DNA of 64,000 bases from Oopsacas minuta (taxonomy: Eukaryota > Animalia > Porifera): the NCBI GenBank assembly GCA_024704765.1, contig JAKMXF010000323.1, positions 248,001 through 312,000 of the forward strand, read 5' to 3'. The position numbers and the translations under genes were made by a program. The notes under the pieces are model-generated. The model was not told where the DNA came from. It saw only the letters and a program-made list of their open reading frames with translations, and made no database searches. Shown here in pieces: positions 37,231-49,159 of the stretch (its first letter is position 1; the number at the start of each line of letters is the position of its first letter).

Positions 37231-37992
37231 TTAGTCATAATTAGGATTGTATGGTGGGGGAAGTGGAATAGCGATCAGATTCTCAGATTCTTGTAAGGGA
37301 TCATATTCAACTTTAGGTTGGCTAAGATCACACATAGAAGAGGAGCGGATTGGAATTTGTTCAGGCTTGATATCTTCTTGACGTTCAATCGATTCAATCA
37401 CTCGCACTTTATCTATTAGTTGATTGGTTTTATCAAATGACTTTGGATTACAAAAATAGGATACAGGAATTTCCGGATAGGTAAGGTTGTGCCTTCTCTG
37501 ATTATTATGGCTACTAGGTATGCTTTCTGGTGGCGGTGATAAGACATTCAAGGAATGAATTCCATATCCGCATGGGCGATGGCAGTCAGAATTACTTGAT
37601 GGTGATATAGAAATTAATTGCTGTATAGAATTAGTATTTAAACGAATAGACTGAACCCATTGTAGACAATCTAGGTGAGAGAAAGCAAATGCAGCAAAAA
37701 TTGTTTGGGTCGCCATTCCATTAAAACGAATAGCAAAACCACGGAAAAATGGTATTTTAGGAGGCATGGGGTGACTTTCTTGTTCAGTAATAATTGGACT
37801 TGTAATTGCAATAGCCTTTGTCAAATCATAAATAAGTTTTGGAACTTTTCGCTTATATTTTTTCTTGTAAATAATAAGTGACGAGCAACTAAGAATAATC
37901 CATTTCTTTTTCCATTTATTGTCAATTGAAACATGGAGAATTCCTTCCTTACTTGTAAATTGAGGACTATAGTAGTTGGGACTTGATGCCAT
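37231..37992 (-). CDS. PH-domain protein with C-terminal PPxY motif (253 aa, single exon)
   Basis: ATG 37992. KEGILHV...KWKKKWIIL...LIIY...FAIRF...CLQWVQSIR is a PH fold signature. The low-complexity tail ends in PLPPPYNPNYD. Confidence 0.75.
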   Translation of the reverse strand: MASSPNYYSPQFTSKEGILHVSIDNKWKKKWIILSCSSLIIYKKKYKRKVPKLIYDLTKAIAITSPIITEQESHPMPPKIPFFRGFAIRFNGMATQTIFAAFAFSHLDCLQWVQSIRLNTNSIQQLISISPSSNSDCHRPCGYGIHSLNVLSPPPESIPSSHNNQRRHNLTYPEIPVSYFCNPKSFDKTNQLIDKVRVIESIERQEDIKPEQIPIRSSSMCDLSQPKVEYDPLQESENLIAIPLPPPYNPNYD

Positions 37993-38586
37993 TAATAATA
38001 CAAAACAGATCATAAAATATTGCGATATTATACGTATAAATAAGAACAAAAGTAAACTAGAAATACATATTACAACAAATAGAACTCGTGTTCTGGATTA
38101 TCATTGTTAGAAATACCACCGATATTTTGGGATTTCTTATTATTCTTTAGCTTATCTATGCTTTATAGAAAAAATTATATAGAATAAAAAAACATGTGAT
38201 TTCAAAAGTCTGAACAAGAATCTGTAAGAGTGGTAAATAGAATATTTGTCAATAGTTGATGGAAAACTGAAAAGATCCAAAGTATACAAATCTATAAATA
38301 ATTCCATAACTTGGTTTCACGGTTATTTTAGGGTAATGGAGTACACAGATTCCGAATTTCGCCCTTGAAAGTAATCATATGTATATGATAGTTGTTCTTA
38401 TAAAATTCGACGCATAAAGTGCCGAGTTACATCCACGGTGATCTCAGGCCACGCAGCGGGAGCAAGCGAAGCGGCTTGCATATCATTAGATTGTAGTTTT
38501 CATTTGTCTGTTTGTTCTTTGTAAAGGAAAGTAATTATGGTATGCTTTTTGAGTGTAGATTTCGCAATTCCGAGATGTGGTATAAC

Positions 38587-39430
38587 CAGGGACGTCAGGT
38601 TCCGGGGGAGCTCGCCCCCCCGGTTTTGAAAAGAGCCAGAAATTGGGGGTCGCCCCCGTTTCTTTAAAAAATTATGCTCACAGATATTTTAATATTCCAA
38701 TTTCCTAGTTTATTCAATGTACTGCAAATAAATATGTGGTTCATAATTGTAATAGTTAAGACTTCTAACCGATCAAAAAATTTTTATTAAGGTATTGTAA
38801 TGAATGTAATATTAGCAACTAGTTATTGATATGATTTAGTAATTTTTCAGACAATCTTTACTGAGCACAAATCGATCCATCCTGGCCTATCCTATTAATC
38901 CATTCGTCAGTGAATGTGTCAAGATCCAGTTGGTACAAAGTTTCTGTATGCATGTTGCATAAAGTGCATGCATTCAATCTATCTTCCTTAATAGTGCTGC
39001 GAAGATAAGTTTTTATACGTCTTAAGCAGCTAAATCCTCGTTCGGCGGAACACACCATGCAAGGAAGAAGAAGGTAAAGCTCGAGGAAAGAACCAAATTG
39101 GTCCACATGAGACGATGATCAGAGTTTTCAGAAAAATACTTGCGATGGTACTTCAGATTTAGTCGTGTGTTTGGTAGGGTTGGATATATGACTAACACGA
39201 TTCCATTGTATCATCTCTATCTTCCAAAACTTCCAATTAAGATCTGAGATGTAGAGCTCCATGAGTGAGCTTGGGAATTCAAAATTAGGATCTTCACCAA
39301 TATCAGACAAAATGTCTTGAAAATCCAGTGCAATGTCAATTTCCTTTCCTTGAAAACGCTTTGTCAGCGATACTACAAGAGAGTTATACGTCTCAGTTGG
39401 GTCCCTAACAGCCTTACGATTCATTCAATG
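38587..39430 (-). mobile_element. hAT (ZMYM1-like) transposon remnant
   Basis: hATC motif CSAERGFSCLRRIKTYLRSTIKEDRLN. Terminus CAGGGACGTCAG at 38587, on the 3' side of the gene. Confidence 0.75.
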
Positions 39431-39980
39431 GTGTACTGATCCATTACCAGAATAGTACTTGTGAGCCTGGCTTTAGTGCTAGCCCGAAATATTAATTATG
39501 TTAATGAACAATAATGAGACTAAAAATAAATAGCAGCATGTACCAATAAATAATCAACTCCCGCTATCGGAAGAACAGCTTAAACTGGAATATACAATTA
39601 TTGTGTCAAACAAGAAATTATTCCGCTTTGATATCTATATAACGAGAGTCAAAGGTACTAATTTAAGCGTTACACTATGTATAATCAGCGAGAACTGAAA
39701 TATAGTCGAATTTTTTGTCGCGAGTAGAGCCTGGTGATATATCTATGTGGGAAGTCTCAAATATTCATAGTGAATTACAACATTCTGATGAATGTTCTTA
39801 ATATCAGAACGGAGGAGCACCTCTATACGTGTATATATATGTACATTATTGCCCGCCGCAAGTTTACCAAGGAGGCACGAAAATCCTCTGACCAACAGCT
39901 GGAGGCAAGTGCAAAGCTCATACAAGAAAAATCTGGGTCCACAAGCAATAAGAATACTCTAGGACAATTTGAATGGGTGT

Positions 39981-40112
39981 AAAATAGGTACAAGTTGACC
40001 GAAATAAGAGGTATGAGTTGACCATAAGAAAAGACGATTAGTGCCTAAAATAGGCATTAGTTGACTAAAAATAGTAGGTACGAGTTGACCAAATAATATG
40101 GACGAGTTGACT
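39981..40112. repeat. Degenerate ~23-bp tandem repeat (AAATA..GGTAC/TGAGTTGACC x5)
   Basis: AGTTGAC at ~39993, 40016, 40059, 40083, 40105. Confidence 0.6.
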
Positions 40113-40745
40113 GGCTCCGGGGAAGTATCGGTGAATTCGCAAACAGCCGCTATTTCCAAAAAATCCATAAAAGAACCTTTCCCCAAAGTTGAATTTAGTA
40201 GAATGTTTTACATACATTAGGTATGAATGAGTGTAAAGTTTTTCGAGGCACACTTTAGCACGTTATAATTATGTAACCAATGCATATAGACTTTAGACTT
40301 ACATTTATTGCACTATTTTGTACTATTCACATCTAGATCATCAATATATAGATGGATCGTTGGATTTTTTGGTTTTAAAACGATGGTGTAGGTTTTTTAG
40401 AAATTTAAGGAAGCATTCAGTGTTTAGAAAAATAAGAAATAGCGTTAAAAAGGAGATATTTATAGAAAAAAGGGATTTATAGAAACGATGACGTGATAGG
40501 ATCGTTTATTGTATCAATTATAAACGGGTACCATTGGGAGGGGATTAGGGATGTAGTTCACTAATATATGGGTCTGGGAGTTTCATTTGTATTCGTTATT
40601 AAGCTACCTAGGGACATGGATGTCCATGCTAATTTTGTGTTTGTATGGATTTTTGTTGGATTAATTATTCAATTTCAACTGTTTGAACTCATTCATGGTG
40701 AATTTTAATAGTAGAAATATACAGTTAAATTTGCATTAGTAAATT

Positions 40746-40882
40746 TAGGGTCCTGGAGCGAATATTTAGACTAGGACCTTAAGGTCCTAAGATAACATTT
40801 GAGCTGGGACCCTAGGGTCCCAGAAATAATGCTAGGACACTAGGGTCTTGGGATTTCGCTATTAATACCTTAGGGTCCTGAG
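40746..40882. repeat. Array of five ~30-bp units built on a palindromic GGACCCTAGGGTCC core
   Basis: Perfect palindromes at 40772-40789 and 40804-40823. Half-sites at 40747, 40842, 40872. Confidence 0.7.
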
Positions 40883-42016
40883 AATGACTCCTTGAATAGT
40901 AATTTGCCAATTTTCGCAACCTCACCGTTCGTCACTGAGGAGTTATAATGAATTGATATTCAAATGATAGAAACCTCCTAGACTAGTTATGATATCTTCC
41001 AAATGGCATCTTTCTACGTATACTGGTTGCATAATTATAACTTGTTAAAGTGTGCTCGATTTGTTTCGCTGCCAACTTCACACTCATCAGGTAAGAATAC
41101 GTAGGTTTTTGAGCTTGAACTTGCTTGTTACCTTAAGTGTCAGGGTTCAGCCTTTTTCATATCAATTTCTACTCGACTAGTATATAACGAAAAGACACTT
41201 ACCATAGCCAGGCGCAACACATCCATTTCAAAAGTGGTAAAGCGAAAGATTTCATAGTATTTAAAGTTGTACGACTATACCAGACCACTTAATTAATACA
41301 AAAAAGAACCGCGATTATTTATGCCTAACTGTTCCCGTATTTGTCTAAATAATTTACCTTTCAATAAGTGGTCAAAAGTGTCCGTTGCATCACGCATGGA
41401 TTTGCATGTTTCTTAACTAGCATTGTGTGAAAGAGCCCAAACATATCGGAGATCAGTTGGAAAGGTCGTGAGGCGACGCCTGACCACTCTGTAATTGGTT
41501 CGCAGTAGCTGTCGTGTGCCGCCCTTGTTGCCACCGTTTATTCATAGTTAAGAAATTGTTTCTTTCTAGTCATATTACTCATATATAATATACGGGAGAG
41601 CATTGGCGAAACTAGGCTCCCCATAGTGGGCGAAGATTACGTATTGCACACCCACGCTATATCTTTTGTACTATGGTGGAACTGAATCTGGGTGGGCCGA
41701 CGTCCACCCAAAATGGCTCTAGTTGTGCCTATGCCTCAGCCTGGGAGTAGGCAATGGTAAGTTGGGTGAGGCTATGGCCCTACCAATAATTCTGCTCTCT
41801 CCATAGAAGCTAATATAAAACTGTGTATGGCCCTACCAATATTGTCACCATGGCTCCAACAGCCCTCCAATCCATATCCCGAGTCTGTGCCTCCTGATAT
41901 ATTACACATTTCACACTTCAAAATATGCATATGATATAACATTTTCTTTTCATTTAGACTTATTTTCTCTTGAGTTGAAACTGTTCTTTTTTTATACTTT
42001 ATATTGATCATATTTG

Positions 42017-43525
42017 ATGACAACTCTTAACGATGATGACAATTGTGCTTCTGAGGAATTGATTCCCAAGTCAAATTCTCATTGCCCCAGTCGTCGTAAC
42101 ATCCATGACTGTGCTACTTTTGCTATTTTAATATTTATCAATGCTCTCAACTATACAGACCGTTGGACTGTAGCTGCTATCATCACCAATTTGGAAAATG
42201 CCACGACGAATGAGTTTGGATATGCAATCAGCGATTTAGAGGCAGGATTCTTAACAACCTCCTTTATCCTATCTTTCATGGTCTTTTCAATTCCATTCGG
42301 TGTGTTAGGAGATAGATACAAACGAACTTGGCTGATGGGAATTGGACTATTTATTTGGTCTGCTGCTACACTTGCTGCCTCTTTTGCCCCTACTTATTGG
42401 TTTCTCCTCCTAATGCGCACATTAGTGGGCATTGGCGAGGCTTCCTATGCTACAATTGCTCCCACAATCATAGCCGATATGTTCCCACCTAAGCTGAGGA
42501 TACGAATGCTTTCTCTATTTTATTTAGTTATACCGTTTGGTACTGCATTCGGATTTATTGTAGCAGCTGTAGCGCAGATTTTTGCTGAGCATGTGCTTAT
42601 GTTAACTACAGGACAGTGGAGGTGGGCTTTGCGTATTACTCCTCCTTTTGGATTCATTGCGGTGTTATTAATTATATTCGTAGCCAAAGAACCTCCGCGC
42701 GGACGATCTGAAGATGTTTTTAACAGTTCAGTTTCTTTCGTTGCTAAATCGAATTGTAAGAGTGTATTAATGGATATTGTTTCCGTCATCACAAATTATA
42801 GTTTCATTTTTTCCACCCTAGGATTTACTGGGGTAACTTTTTCAACAGGTGCGCTTGCACAATGGGCTCCTCGCTATACGACACTTATTTCTGATGCTTA
42901 CTTTGACTCAATAATATCTGCTAATACTTGTAGCATTTTCTTCGGTGTGGCTTCAGGAATTGGAGGTTTGACTGGTACTTTGTTCGGATCTGAATTGTCA
43001 AAGTTCATATCAAAATATTCAGGTCGAGCAGATATGTACGTTTGTGCGCTTGGTATGTTGTTGAGTGGGCCATTATTATATTTGACTCTTACTGTCACAG
43101 TCTATTCGATATGGTCTGGATTCCCACTCGTTTTACTTTGTGTATTTGTGCTGAGTTTTAATTGGGCGCCCAATGCGAACATTCTACTTTATGTAGTTGT
43201 TCCTCAAAGAAGATCCACTGCTGAGGCATTTCAAATTCTTATTTCACATATGTTAGGGGATGCAGCTAGCCCAACTATAGTCGGAGCGATCTCAGATTGG
43301 CTACGAGGGACTAATGAGATGGCAACAGTACGAGCTAGTGCATTACAAACCGCCCTTTATACTACATGCTTTATTGCTTGCATATCTGGATTTTTCTATT
43401 TATTTGGCAGCTTATACGTAAACAAGGATAAAGCTGCAGCTGACCAATGTAACTTTGAAAAAGTTAGGAAACAACGTCATGATGATTCTATTCGTGATTT
43501 ACCCAGCATCCCATCCAATTTGTAG
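42017..43525 (+). CDS. SPNS1: Spinster-family MFS transporter (502 aa, intronless)
   Basis: INALNYTDRWTVAAI, GVLGDRYKR, RTLVGIGEASYATIAPTIIADMF, WRWALRITP, RRSTAEAFQILISHMLGDAASP; about 12 hydrophobic segments. The symbol denotes the family; orthology is unproven. Confidence 0.93.
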   Translation: MTTLNDDDNCASEELIPKSNSHCPSRRNIHDCATFAILIFINALNYTDRWTVAAIITNLENATTNEFGYAISDLEAGFLTTSFILSFMVFSIPFGVLGDRYKRTWLMGIGLFIWSAATLAASFAPTYWFLLLMRTLVGIGEASYATIAPTIIADMFPPKLRIRMLSLFYLVIPFGTAFGFIVAAVAQIFAEHVLMLTTGQWRWALRITPPFGFIAVLLIIFVAKEPPRGRSEDVFNSSVSFVAKSNCKSVLMDIVSVITNYSFIFSTLGFTGVTFSTGALAQWAPRYTTLISDAYFDSIISANTCSIFFGVASGIGGLTGTLFGSELSKFISKYSGRADMYVCALGMLLSGPLLYLTLTVTVYSIWSGFPLVLLCVFVLSFNWAPNANILLYVVVPQRRSTAEAFQILISHMLGDAASPTIVGAISDWLRGTNEMATVRASALQTALYTTCFIACISGFFYLFGSLYVNKDKAAADQCNFEKVRKQRHDDSIRDLPSIPSNL

Positions 43526-44337
43526 GATATTCACAATTCTGATTTCGCCTAGTCATGTGCTCAACTTGGTACTACAAAGATATTTCTTAATGTGAGAATC
43601 CAGCCCGTTGTATTGTTGTATTTAGTACTCGAATTACCCAATTTCTTTTACATGTATATTTGTCGTTCAATTTACAAAAATGTTTCTTATGCTATGATAG
43701 ATCCGAGGATGCGAAATTGTGCTCTATGGATTTTGTTCAGAGCAAATACTATAAGATGAAAATACCAATATTAGATTAAGAGCTGGAAGGAAATTTATTA
43801 TTGTTACCCAGGGCTGTTCTGCCAATTTTTAAGTATGGGAGTGGTAGTTCTAATTGTATATAACTATTTTCTAATTCTTAAGCTAATCAGGATAATTAAT
43901 AAGACTACGGGGATACATTGTTTCCTACTTGCCCGAAACCCCAAGCAGGCTTGGAGCTAAATGGATAATTGGGTACACTAACTTCTTACATATGGTAATT
44001 CCTGTATATAGTATTAACATTTGAATATACTGGAACTACCTTGATAGGGTTGAATCTGGGTGGGCCAGCACCAGGCTTGTCAAAAGGTCCTACAGAGTTG
44101 GTTCAGTTCATATATGCAAAATATAATGTCAAGTCAGGCCAGGTCCTCATGAAAATATTTCATACAGGTTAGGTAGGTCAGGTCTCAAGATTAATAAAGT
44201 CATTTTCAGGTCATTTAACAATCAATTGAGTGCAATTAATCAACGTAATAATGAGGGAACCACACCACAAGAGATGGACGGATATACTGTCAGTTTTTAC
44301 TCATATTTATTTAAACGAGAGCCTATTACATTGAAGA

Positions 44338-44750
44338 TACAGCCAAACCTGCTTAACGGAAACCTTTGTATAACGGTCGCCCGCACATAGCAGCCACCTG
44401 AAAACAGTCCCCTCTGATTTCCCATTATAATGACCTATCTATAGTGGCGACCTGCTCAACGCGACCAGCGGCCACCATTTTTGGTCCCTTACTGGCGCTA
44501 AACCACCTGTCTCTAACGGCCAAGCTCCTTGATCATACGCCACATTATATAGCGGTCGCCTCCCATAAGATCTACATATGACAAGTCCCTTGGGTAGCCA
44601 TCATGACTTACTTCCACTATATTATTATAAATATCGGTCACTTGTCTTAAAGGCCAACTTCTCTATATCACCACCATTAACATAAAGTTCCTACCACACT
44701 AGTGTATAACGGTCACTTTTGGTCAGACCCTTTGGTGGCCGTTAGGCCAC
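44338..44750. mobile_element. pogo/Tigger-type MITE, right terminus degraded
   Basis: TA|CAGCCAAACCTG start with repeated (TAAC/AGC)GGTC/GGCC-ACC motifs. Confidence 0.45.
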
Positions 44751-46040
44751 TTTTAATGAGGAACTTGTAGATCCACCTGAACATACATGCGGGCGGGCGG
44801 TTCATTATCATTATTTCATTATTTTGTGACGTATCAACTGGAAAATTTGTTCATTGACTACATTCATAAAAATTATTTTAATTACTAAATTCAAATTTGA
44901 TATGATAATAGGCTAGAGCTAGACTATGAAAAAGATACTTTTGTGTATTCTAGCTAGTTTATACACCTTGTAGTTGAAATAATGACAATAATGACAATAT
45001 TAGTGCGGTAGGCAAATCAGATGCGGGCGGTGGAGCTGAAACAACCTCGGAATCCGAGGCAATGGGATATTATTATATATTCCAAAAAATACTTCTGATA
45101 TTAACTTAAGCCCATTGTCGTATTCGCTATGTTCACTATCAAATATACAAACGAATATTTTTGGAATAGGAATGCTGTACGGATTAGCGAGGGTATTTTT
45201 GCTGGAACCTGCCTCTATCTGGGAGGCCCAACTTTTTAGGCCAAATTTTGCTGGGAGTGCACTCCTAAGTCCCTAAAAGACATGCAAACACAATCGGTTT
45301 TATTTTTGAAATAGTAACCTTCATGTATACTGTATAGTATGTTTCAGAGTCTACTATGTACAGTAGTTTTGCTGGAAAATTTTATTTGTGTATGACCCAG
45401 TAAGAGTGATAATATGAGATGAATAATCAAATTGATAATTCTATTATTGAATTTAATTCAGATACTTGAAACTGGTACATTTTGACACCATTAATGGATT
45501 TCTGATTGATGTTAAGCCACACGATATACCCTTTATAATTATATTCAGATAAAATGATATCGTCTGGTTGACGAATTGGTATATTTCTGGACAAATTTAG
45601 CAAGGTTACAACCGAATATCAGAATTTGGTTTGGTCAAAACCAAATATTATCAGTAGTATTCAGTTAGAGGGGTTTCATCATGTATAAATGTATCTTTCA
45701 GAGCCTGAGGAACTTTAGATAATGCACCTGTGATTTCAAGGTTATTCAAATATTATGCAAGATAAAAACATTTTCAAGACATTTTCATACAAAATACACA
45801 AATTATGGTGATGATGTAGTTGTCACGTTACTAGTTAGAGTATAAGCCATGGTTAACACATTTGGGAAAATCCTATAACTCGATAGCTCCGTTAACATTA
45901 TGGTGTTAGAGATATACTGTGGCAATTTTTGTACCATCTCTTGTATATTTGGCTAGAAGGCTGAAATTTGTACTAAAGGTAGATATACCAATCCAAATAT
46001 ACATGTTTGTTATATTTTGATTTTTGGCCCATGGGCCGAT

Positions 46041-46122
46041 ATATTCATGACTTTCTGAGGGCAATCCGGCAAATTTCGGTACATTACGCGGAAATTTGCC
46101 GCCCTCAGAAGGTCATGAATAT
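46041..46122. repeat. ~82-bp near-perfect hairpin
   Basis: atattcatgactttctgagggc..ggcaaatttc / gaaatttgccgccctcagaaggtcatgaatat. Confidence 0.7.
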
Positions 46123-47137
46123 TTCGAAAAATGGACCAAAATATATAATCTAGCATAAAATCTATTACATGTATATTTGAATTGGTATCTCTACTTCCAG
46201 TAGAAATTTCAGCCATCTAGCAAAATTATCCAAAGACTACAGTCGAAACTTTCCAAAATGCACTTGGTTGCCAAGCTAATCATATATGTATGGGTGAAGT
46301 CATTTTAAAATGGCTATAACTCCTAAGATACTTGAGCCTTGCAAAATTCTTTTCAAGGTGCACTCATACCCTTAGTTAGTTACTATTCAATATGTGGATT
46401 TGAGATTTTTCAGGAATTAGCGTCAGGCTGTCAGTGGTCCTACAGGGTGTTGTTCGGATGCTAGACGAGCTCCAGGTTGTAGAACATGATAAGGGGGACC
46501 ATTTATAGCGGAATAGGCGTAGATAGTTGATAGAGGTTGCTGATAACTCTAGGCCTACTGTTATAGTGTGACCATTGTCTAGGATCAGGATTTTCGCCAA
46601 AATTCTTATTTGTCCAGGATTTAATACATAACTACACTGTAACCACTATAAGCAGGGCAACTTTGGTCCACCTTCATTCAATTTCCTCTATGACTGGGGA
46701 GTGGGGCCTACTTTAAGATAATTACTTTAAAGATAAATCAAAGCCAAAATCCAATCCGTATTTCATTTCCCACACAAATGTAAATCCATATCCAATCTAT
46801 ATACATTTCGAATACGAATATCAAAATCAAATCCACGAAATTTCATTGAACTGATGGATTCCTTTGGACTTTAGAGAAGCCAAATCCATCCGAAATCCAT
46901 AATCCACCCGACCCCCCTGCTCACATCAATGAAATTTACCTCTATAAGTGTGAAATTCTAACATAAATATTCTTGGATAATCAACTTTAGAGCTATATTT
47001 GGAGAAATACCCACATTTTTCGCTATAATGAATTGAAATATTTTGATGTCTCAGAAGAGATTTCTTACAAATATTTATATTCAACCAATAAACTTAGGGC
47101 ATATTATAATAAGCCATAGCCTACTCTACATAAAGTC

Positions 47138-48186
47138 TAACAGTAACTTGTTGATTTTGGTCTAGGCCCACTAGAGATACGTAACTCGATGAAACAAATT
47201 CAATGTGATTTCTATTTTGCATAAACTGTGCTATTTTACCCGAATAGATGTAATGCATATTTGTAGAGTAGCAAATTATCAATAATTTAAGCTTAAAAAT
47301 TTCAGGAATGTGTCAAAATATGTGTCTAGTAAGCAATTATTTGTTAAATTATGCCATTCCTCTAAGCCCTGTAGAACGTTAAATATTGCATATTTCATTT
47401 CCAAGTGAACATAAGAAATGATCTATAGATAGATTGATAGAAAATATATAAAAATTGTCATACAAAGTTGGTCAGTTCTTGAGTTCCAGGAGCGACCAGG
47501 GATGACACATTTTCTGATATTTCACTTATAACTTGATAATGGTTAAATTATGGTCGAAATCAAGATAGCCTCTATATAGTATATAACAGACTTCCCATAC
47601 CACAATTATAAATTTTGTAATGATATCTCTCACCAATATGGCGTATTGTTAATATACCCAAATGTGATCATTTTTCAAATTCCGCGATAAGCTTAAGAGT
47701 TATCAAAAAAATATATTATCAGGTATGGGAAATCGTATATGTATTATATATTAGCTATCGTGATTTGACCATAATTTCAACGATTATCGAATTATAAGTG
47801 GATTATCAGAAAATGTGTCATCCCTGGTCGCTCTTGTAAATCAAGAACGAGTCAACTTTTGTATAACAATTATTAGATATTTTGTATCAATCTATCTATA
47901 GATCATTTCTTATGCCCACTTGGAAATGAAATATGCAATATTTTACGTTCTACAGCGTTTAGAGTAATGGCATATTTAACAAATAATTGCTTACTAGACA
48001 CATATTATGCTAAATTCCTGGAATTTCTTAGCATAAAATGGTTGATAAATAGTTATTCTACAAATATGCACTACGTCTATTCGGGTAAAATACCATAGTT
48101 TATGCAAAATAGAACTCACATAGAATTTGTATCATCGAGTTACGTATCTCTAGTGGGCCTAGTCTAAAATCTACAAGTTACTGTTA
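47138..48186. mobile_element. Foldback-type element, ~460-bp inverted arms with a ~120-bp spacer
   Basis: taacagtaacttg..ctaggcccactagagatacgtaactcgatga mirrored at 48130-48186. Arms pair inward to cttcccatacc (47591) / ggtatggga (47722). Confidence 0.85.
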
Positions 48187-49159
48187 TGCCTGTACATGTA
48201 TTTCAAAATTGTGTCCAGGAAAACCACGGAATTTTCGGTAAAAAGTGATTCATTGTCCAGGATTTGGACCAAACCAGAGATGCACCGTATATGAAATTTC
48301 TCATCCGGCCGGGGAAGACATCCGGCTTCAAATTTCCGGTTATTAAATATTTGGGTACTCCACCTATCTCAGTATATAGTGAAAGATTATTTAGTAGTAT
48401 TTGAAGAAAGGCTCAACAGATAGTTACCTGAAAAGGTGATCATCTTCTCTTTATTCAGAAAAATTTAAGATTATTAGATTTCCATTTTAGTGTCTCGATA
48501 GGTTTGATTTAGCACAGTATGTCTAGGACTAGACATTTGAGTTATTATACGTAGATTACATCAAATCATGCATTTTGTCTATATATAGTATTATCCGGCC
48601 TGACTGGATATCCGGTGCTTCTCTAGACCAAACCATCAGGCCACACTACACTGTCAGCACCCCCATTTTAGTAGCAAGCAATCCTAAAGATGAGATGTTA
48701 GCTACACATCTGTAGCGGCGGACCTAATAAAGCGTGAAATGTTCCTTTAAACCACAAAAATAATAGAAAATGCTTAGGAAGATTGTGTTAGACAAATTCT
48801 GAGTTTACACCACTCACTCCCTTTATCCACCTTAAATAAACTACTAGCAAATCCCTTGAGGGTCGCACAGCGATGTTCATTCTAAACTCATGTTACGAAT
48901 TTTATGTATTTAGGCATGGACACCGAGTCCCGCCAGGGCAACTGCCACATTATATCTTGACAACCATAAGTTGGATCGCTTTGCCCAAAAAGCAAATAGG
49001 TAGCTCATGGCACGAGCTCTTTACATAAAAACCCAAATTAGACATATCTGGCACTCCTAAACAATAGGGGTCCTGGAGCCTTGAATTAATTAGTAATACA
49101 GGATTATCTACACGTTCAATTCTATAATATTAGTTCTTTTATGAGAGAAACAATGAAAA

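Noticed and set aside
40746-40882. CRISPR-like array
   Set aside because: Inter-repeat stretches are only ~10-13 bp, the repeats are degenerate, there are no cas genes, and the context is eukaryotic.
41195-41215. U1 snRNA-like ACTTACC start
   Set aside because: No downstream U1 stem-loops or Sm site recognisable.
42520-43098. Antisense ORFs within the Spinster gene (likewise inside NOSIP, Tigger, PH and mariner genes)
   Set aside because: Shadow ORFs of real coding sequence with no motifs.
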